From the human T2T-CHM13v2.0 reference genome, Homo sapiens, in NCBI RefSeq assembly GCF_009914755.1, contig NC_060927.1: DNA of 64,000 nt; one strand, 5' to 3'. The position numbers and the translations under genes are program-made. Under the pieces are notes generated by a model that was given only the letters and a program-made list of their open reading frames with translations, was not told the origin of the DNA and searched no databases. The number at the start of each line of letters is the position of its first letter. Position 1 is the first letter of the stretch. Shown piece by piece: positions 55,079-64,000 of the stretch.

Positions 55079-58000
55079 TGGCTCATAGGCTCTGTGTAGT
55101 TCACCAAATTGGCATCTGCTGGTATTTGGGGGTGATGGAGTTGGGGAGAGGGATAGGGTGGCAGTGCGTGGTCTTTCAGAATCTCTAGGGAGCCACGTTG
55201 GTGGTGATCTGCTCCTTCTCTGAAGTCAGCTTTTCTGTTGTCAGCATCTGACTATGGTTTTAAAACCTGCCTGTGATAAGGAGGCGTTTCACATGTCTCA
55301 CGTGTGAGAAGAGGCCAGTGGGGTGGCACTGCCCATCTTGTTGCCATCCTTGGTGTCCCGGATATTCCCTGTTGGTCCCTCCACCTAACTTTCTACCTTT
55401 TCCTACCCACTCTGGGTTCTGGGAGGCTGACCTCTAAATTTTATATATGAGCTACTTCTTTTAAAAAGTCAGGGTCAGATAGGGGTATGGTATGCTTCTA
55501 TTTGTGTAATAATGAATACACATACACATACATAAACATATTTGTGTATGGACATGCACACTGTTGCAAGCATTATCTTGCAAGAATATTAATGTTTGTT
55601 TCTAGGGAGGGAGATGGGAGAATGTAGTAATCTGGGGTAGAAGGGAGACCTACATATAAGTATGTATGTATCTCATGGGCACCTTATGAATGTTTTATGT
55701 GCAAGCATTTATTTCTCCATTAAAAATATTGAAAGAGAGAGTTGAGAGGGCATATAGCTATTTCAGGGTCCCTAGTCAACGAAGGCTCTCACATATAATC
55801 ACAGAACCTGCATTGCCATCTCTTCCTTCCTCCCCTATCTAAGCAAACAGCTTCCCTTTCTTAGATCAAGCATTGCAGCCTCTTCCAGAATGTCCCCATT
55901 GCAGGCAGAGTGACACTGGAGGTGGGTGGCCAATGAGTAGGGCCTGCCCCAGCCCCCAGCAGGCCTGGCCCTGGGTGTGTGTCCTGTTGGCAGGGCAGAG
56001 TGATGCACCACACAGCAGCAGTTCTGAAACCTTCTCTGCTGTGTACCAAAGAGGTAAGGAAAGCTGTAATGCCCCCCAGAAGCTGACACTTCCCCAGGAG
56101 ATGAGGTGCCTTGTTTTGATGATTTAACTGCAAGAGTGTTGTTTTGTTAGCACAATAGTTATTGAGCAAGTGCATAAATAATAAATAAATGAGCAAAATG
56201 TACAAATGAGCATTTTATATAAACACATGAGCACTCACTGACCAGAGGATAATGGAGAAGGCCTGTGCCGGGGGAGGGGAGGTTACTCCTCCTCTGAGAT
56301 TAGAGATGCTTATCCCAACTAATCTCAACATTTCAGGAAGAAAGGATGATGATGAAGAGTCATCTATTTACTCATTCTACAAATTTTGTGGAGTACGTAC
56401 TATGTTTAAAGCACTGTGCTGGGTGAAAAAGACAAAGGCATCTATGAGGCTTTTGCAGGCTGTCTTGGGAAACTGAGACCCACCATGATGTGGACAGCTT
56501 GGCTCAGAGCAGGTTTACTTGAAAGATTCATGAACTTCAAATTCATTGATGGATTTGACCCCAGCTTGATTCCAAAGACATGCGGTGCCAATGAATCTGA
56601 TTTTAGGATGGGCCTGTTATTCTTTTAATTTTGTGCTTCTACTATTCTCTTAACTTTTTGTGCAACTAAGCTCCCCCTCCCCCAACCTAGCTCCAGTGCT
56701 CTGAAAACTAGGTGAGATGTTCTATTGATGAAATCAAATAAATAGCACTCCTCCATTTCCTTCTTTCAAAGGAAAATCAAGCCAGCTGATAGAGTTTTCT
56801 TAACTTTAAGTTTCTCCTCCCTTGAAGATTTCTTAAACTCTTATCATCAGCTTATTCACTCTTTGCTTATTCATTCTAGATTTTTAAAAATAACACAATA
56901 GCTTTCTGATTTAGCAGGAATTTAAATACTAGTTATTTTTCTTATCTATGCAATGAAAGGGTTGGGCTGCTCATTCAGGCATCTTCAGAGTTTCCTTTGG
57001 CACCAGCACACCATGCTCTGCTGTATCAGGATCTGTTGATGATGTGATATTTGCCTAGACTGCTGGGCCTCTGCTGGGAGTTAAGGCAACCCTGGCCAGC
57101 CAGGCCCCTGCCTCGGAACTCTCTCACCCAAAACCCTGCCTCATATTGACCTTTCATCTGAGAACAGGAGCAACTCCAAGTTGGAAGAGACTGAAGTTCA
57201 ACTTTTCTGTATCTTATGTTCTCTAATAATTCACAATTTCGTGTGGCAGCCCATGGCATTAAAAGAAGAGCTCTGCCAGAAAGTTCTTTTTTTGTGTTGC
57301 ACTTATTAGTGAAAGTCCAGCTGCTTCCAATATCAGGTGTTATTGGCAGGATCCTGCCCTCTCCCCCTTGATTTTCCACAGAAGGTGTAGAAAAAATGAC
57401 TGAGAAGAGTCCTTTATATTGGGCTTTCAAATGAAGTTGGGAACTTCCTTATAGATGAGAGAATTGCTGCAGGAACCCACATCTATCAAGATAATGAAGC
57501 TGTACAGTGAAGGTCAGCTTGAGGCAGAGGAGGACAGCTGGGCCTGAGCTTCACTTACTAAATCCCCTAACTGTGTTCTAGGAAGGGGCGACTGATCTCT
57601 AAAACCATCAGCAGAACTCTTACGACTGCAGATGTATAGTTACATTTTGATGTATAAACTTTTCCAATAAATAATAACAACCATAACACCAGCTAATATC
57701 TACTGAGCTCTTACAATGGAACCTGACACTTTAACACAATATATGAATAATTGGAAGGCTTGCTAGAGTGCTATTAATAAACTTAAATGTAAAAGACAGA
57801 GCGATTGTGAGAGACGAGAGAGAAGTGAGAGCGCACATACTAAGTCACAGGCCTTTTCTGCCTTCTCAATTCTATACTTAAAAATCCTTTTGGAAAAAAC
57901 TTTCCTGAATTTTGTTTCTGGAACAATAATGATCTCACTGGGGGCAACAACACTGCAAATTCATCATTCTTCTTCACTCTGGATGTCGACATTAACCGAG

Positions 58001-59413
58001 AACTCAGTCTAATGTCAGCTTTTGAGATTGTTTCAACTGTTTCCAGTGTGGTGTGTCTGTGAGAGTGAATAAGACCGCCTCCACCAAGAATGAGTCAGGG
58101 GAACCACAGTCAGCCCAGCAGATGTTGGCAGGGATTTGCTTTTGGCTAGAGGGTAAGAAGTGCCTTGGTCTAGCAGTGGTGAGTTTCCCACACTAGAATT
58201 TCCAACTAAGAATGCATTTTCATATAGAAACAAGGTTACAGAAGGTGACTTAGTTATCAGACTAACTCATAAAGCACATTTAGCATTCACGAAAAATGAT
58301 ATTTTAGTGCCACAGAGTCAGCCTCTGTAGCTGTGTTAAGGGATGTTGCTTTGTACTGGGCAATGTGTGCATGTTTGTGTGTATAAAGTGTCATTCAGTT
58401 AAAATAACAAAGTAATGAAAGGTAAACAGTAACGCAAAGATAACATCACCATATTTTGAGAATAGCCTGGGTTGAACAGGCAAATATTTGTTGATAAGTT
58501 GGCTAGTTACCCTTTACTGTGGCAGAGAAACAAGCCAGCCTTGAGTAGGCGGTACGTGCTTGGCATATTTACATATGTTATCCCAATTTAATCCTCATTT
58601 AATGGCAAAAATCTCTCTGAAGAAGTTGGAGTGGAGTTATATGTAGTCTTAGATTCTAAAGTCAATAAATAAAGTGAAAATTATATAGACTCCAAATTTG
58701 CCTTGAAAATCTGAATCACATGTAAAGATATACATGGTTTTATTATAACCCTGCAGAGTAATAAGTTGTATGGTACATATAGTAATATATCATATATTGT
58801 AGAGTTCCTATGGAACATATAATTTTAGAGATGAAATTGCTGGGCTCATTTGTAGGGGGTCATATATAAAAATAAATATTAAAAATGTCTTAACTAAATA
58901 TGTAGATCAAGTTTACTTATTTTAATTCACTCAAGTGTATGCTCCACTGTAATTTTATCCCACATTTACCAATGAGGAACTCAGAGAAGTTAAGTAACTT
59001 GTTTAAGGAGAGACAGCTAGTAAGTCTGGACTTTGATTTGGAGTTTGGACTTAGATTTTACTTACTCCAGAGCCTATACCTATCTTCCAAAATATATTTT
59101 GATTTCTAAATCATTGTCCAGCAAATGACACTTGGAAGATTACTTAAAGTTAGAATTTGCCTGTATTTATATGTAATATGTTACATATAATATCTGCATA
59201 CACACAAGCACATGGCTATGTGACTGGTACATATATACTAGACATTTACAAACCTGGAATATAGGCATTGAATGAATCAATTCAAATGGACAAAATAAGA
59301 AATCCAGATGACCACTGGAACACTAATCAAGCAGCTTTTCCTTAGCACGCAGTGTATATTGTCAATACCCATCATGTTACTATGTGGGTTAATACCTTTC
59401 ATTCGACACGTTA

Positions 59414-59815
<402 letters not shown>

Positions 59816-60405
59816 TCAGACATATATATTGTCCATCCATCCATCCACCCAGGAGATGTACCATGTGCCAACCATCATACCCAGAATTTTTATATTAAAA
59901 ATAGAAAATATACTCTCCAGGAATTTGGGAATCTATACTGGTTAGTTCTGAAGAATTGGAAATTATTCTTATTGAGTAAAAAGTTAGAAGTATATATCCT
60001 ACTATAAGACTTTTACAATGTGTTATTTTGCATTGTAGGTCTGTTATGAATTGTTATCTTTTTATTAGCAAACCTTGCCTGAATTATTAATATATATCTT
60101 GGTTTTTTTAACTGGTACATTTCTGCAAATGAATACAATGACATTTCTTTCAAAATAAAGATGAGCCAGACTTTTCATTAATTGGGGCAGAACTTTACCC
60201 CCTGTGCCAATAATTGATGAGGTTTTGCTTTATATTTTATTTATAACCCACAAAGGCCAAAGCTTTGCATTCTGTGGCATTCTCATTTAATTGCAAAGTA
60301 CACTGACCGGGGGTCAGAAATTGCAGGGCTGAGCACAACTCACAGCCAGTCATTCAGCTGTGCTGTGAATCACATGGATGCTAGAAATGAAGCCATCACT
60401 GTTAC

Positions 60406-60548
60406 CTGTGGTATTAAAGCCAAACAGAAGAGGGCAGGACACAGCAAAGGCCAGTACCCAGACGGCCGTGATCATGAGGGCCACGCGCCGACAGGAGCTC
60501 TGTCCCGTGCCATGCTGGTAGTGAACGGGCATGACCACTGCAGTGTAC
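60406..60548 (-). CDS. DRD3: Dopamine D3 receptor exon 4 (end of DRY motif, ICL2, TM4), 143 nt; earlier exons lie beyond the window
   Basis: gctttttcag|G TAC ACT GCA...ACC ACA G|gtaac; (R)[47 protein letters not shown]. Confidence 0.97.
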
Positions 60549-60599
60549 CTGAAAAAGCAAGGGGAGAGGGGATAGGCATGGTGAGATGGAATGGGGTAC

Positions 60600-62148
<1,549 letters not shown>

Positions 62149-62486
62149 TAAAAAAGGAAACAAATATGTTAATATAAAATGAAGAGTACCATGAAAGAAA
62201 TACACTGGGTGATGTGTTAGAGAACCAGGGAGGAGGTAAAACTAACACAGAGTGAGCAGGGAAGTGAGTGATACGAGAGGGAGCCAGCCATGAGGTCAGA
62301 CGGGGGAGGAACATTCCAGGTCCTGTAAATTTATCCATTGCAATATCTTCCCCATTTATTTATCCACCTATCCCTTTCCTGCTACCTGATTTCTATGATG
62401 GCTACAGCCTCCTCGTTGGTCTCCTGCTGCCAGGTTCCAAAAATAAATTTCATCACGTCTCCCCATCTCCCCACCTGAAAATTATC

Positions 62487-63062
62487 TGAGATAGGCAGGA
62501 CTCTAGGATGGCCCCAAGATTTCTGCCTCATATAATCCCCTCCGTTGAGTGTAGGCTGAACCTGTGACTATAATGCAATATCACTCCTGTGATCAGATTA
62601 CTGATCAGTTGAGGTTAAGTTAATCAAAAGGGAGATTATCTTGAGTGGGCCTGACCTAATTAGGTGAGCCCTTAAAGGGGACTGAGAAATTATCCTTTTG
62701 GCCTTGAAGGAGCAAACTGCTATGTTTTGGAGAGGGTCATTTTTTAGGAGATGGCAAAAGGCTTACAGGAGCTGAGAACAGCACTGGTTGACAGTCAGCT
62801 AGAAAGTAGAGACCTCAGTCCTGCAACTGCAAGGAACTGAATACTCCTAACAACCTGAGTGAGTGTGGATGAGGACCTCAGGCTCCAGATGAGAACACAA
62901 CCCAGTCTACACCTTGATTTCAGCCCTGTGAGATCCTGAGAAGAGAACCTACCTACACTGTGTACACAGTGCTGACTTACAGACTCTGCAAGATAAACAT
63001 GGGTACAGTTCAAGCCTCTAAATATGTGATAATTTGTTCCACAGCAATAGAAAATGAATACA
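62487..63062 (+). mobile_element. MLT1-family MaLR LTR
   Basis: tgagataggcaggactctaggatggccccaagatt...cacagcaatagaaaatgaataca. Confidence 0.7.
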
Positions 63063-64000
63063 CTGTTGATGGCTCCTCTTTCACCTATAAACCAAGCTCA
63101 GCCTTCTCCAACATGACCTCAACTTACGTTGCCAATCTGACCTCCCACTGATCCTGACACTCACTCACAGCTCCAGCCACACTGGCCTGGTAATGAGTAC
63201 TCTTCAATAGTCAGAGACTGGTGTCTTTGTTCAATTAATCATTCCTTCTTCCTCCCTGGGCAACTCAATCTTGCCCTCCATTAATCTCAGATGAACTTTC
63301 CAGCCACCTTCCCACTTCTTTCCATCATGTACAGAGACTTCTAACTATGAACTCTTAGCACTTCTATGCAAATCAATTACAATGCCCTCCTGCATGCAGC
63401 TGTCTTGCCTCATGACTGAATTTGCCTCGTGGCTGGAGAGAGAGAGCTCCATATAATTTTAGTTACTTCAGGATCAAATCTTTTTACAACCTTGATATTT
63501 TCCATAGGTCCTTGTACAAAGAAAGTAATAAGAAACTGTTAACTGTCTGCCTCATGGGTCACGAAGGCCTCCTTTCCTGTAAGAGGGGAAGGCTTCCTTC
63601 CCTTCTAATCCTGGCCAGGCTCAGGGATCTAAGGTATAAGCTGGATCTACCAATGGCTCAACATTTTTTGTCTTGTCAGTTTCCAAGGAACCTGGAGCCT
63701 CCTTAACCCTTGTTGTGCACCTCAAGGCCTGGGATTAAGGAAAGGAAGGACAGATGCTGGGCTCGAAGGGATCGGGCAAGGCTTCCTGAGGCTCCTCCTG
63801 TGTGTTTCCCCTGCTCCTATGCGCCAGCACTGCCCGAATCTGCCTCTTGTGCATCTTGTTGTAGAGTAGTAACATTTGCATTCCCAGAAGGGCAGATTAC
63901 AGTTAGCTGTGAGTTCTGAGATGAAGGTAAACTGTGCAGGACTTGGCCTTGACACCATGCTGTATGACAAAGGTGGCTTCTTTCTCAAAAGGGAAAAATT

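Overview
This is primate genomic DNA, matching human in the DRD3 coding sequence, dense in repeats and not prokaryotic. The right third holds the 3' part of the dopamine D3 receptor gene DRD3 on the minus strand. Four coding exons are present (60406-60548, 52492-52688, 44378-44660, 41976-42172), all with GT/AG sites and matching phases, encoding TM3-end to the C-terminus (...KILSC). The left part is intergenic. It contains a processed histone H2B pseudogene with a 17-bp TSD, derived from the spliced, polyadenylated H2BC12-type mRNA. It also contains a decayed ERV-L provirus with nested insertions, solo LTRs, Tigger3, L1 and about 40 Alus. The most interesting signal is in DRD3 intron 5: a 78-nt exon (50231-50308) with an intact branch point, AG and GTAAGT sites but an in-frame TGA, plus an intact 63-nt upstream extension of exon 6 (44661-44723). 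Together they rebuild the third-intracellular-loop insert of rodent D3 that annotated human D3 lacks. Inverted Alus bracket this exon. Repeat subfamily names and cross-species comparisons are from memory and need database confirmation.
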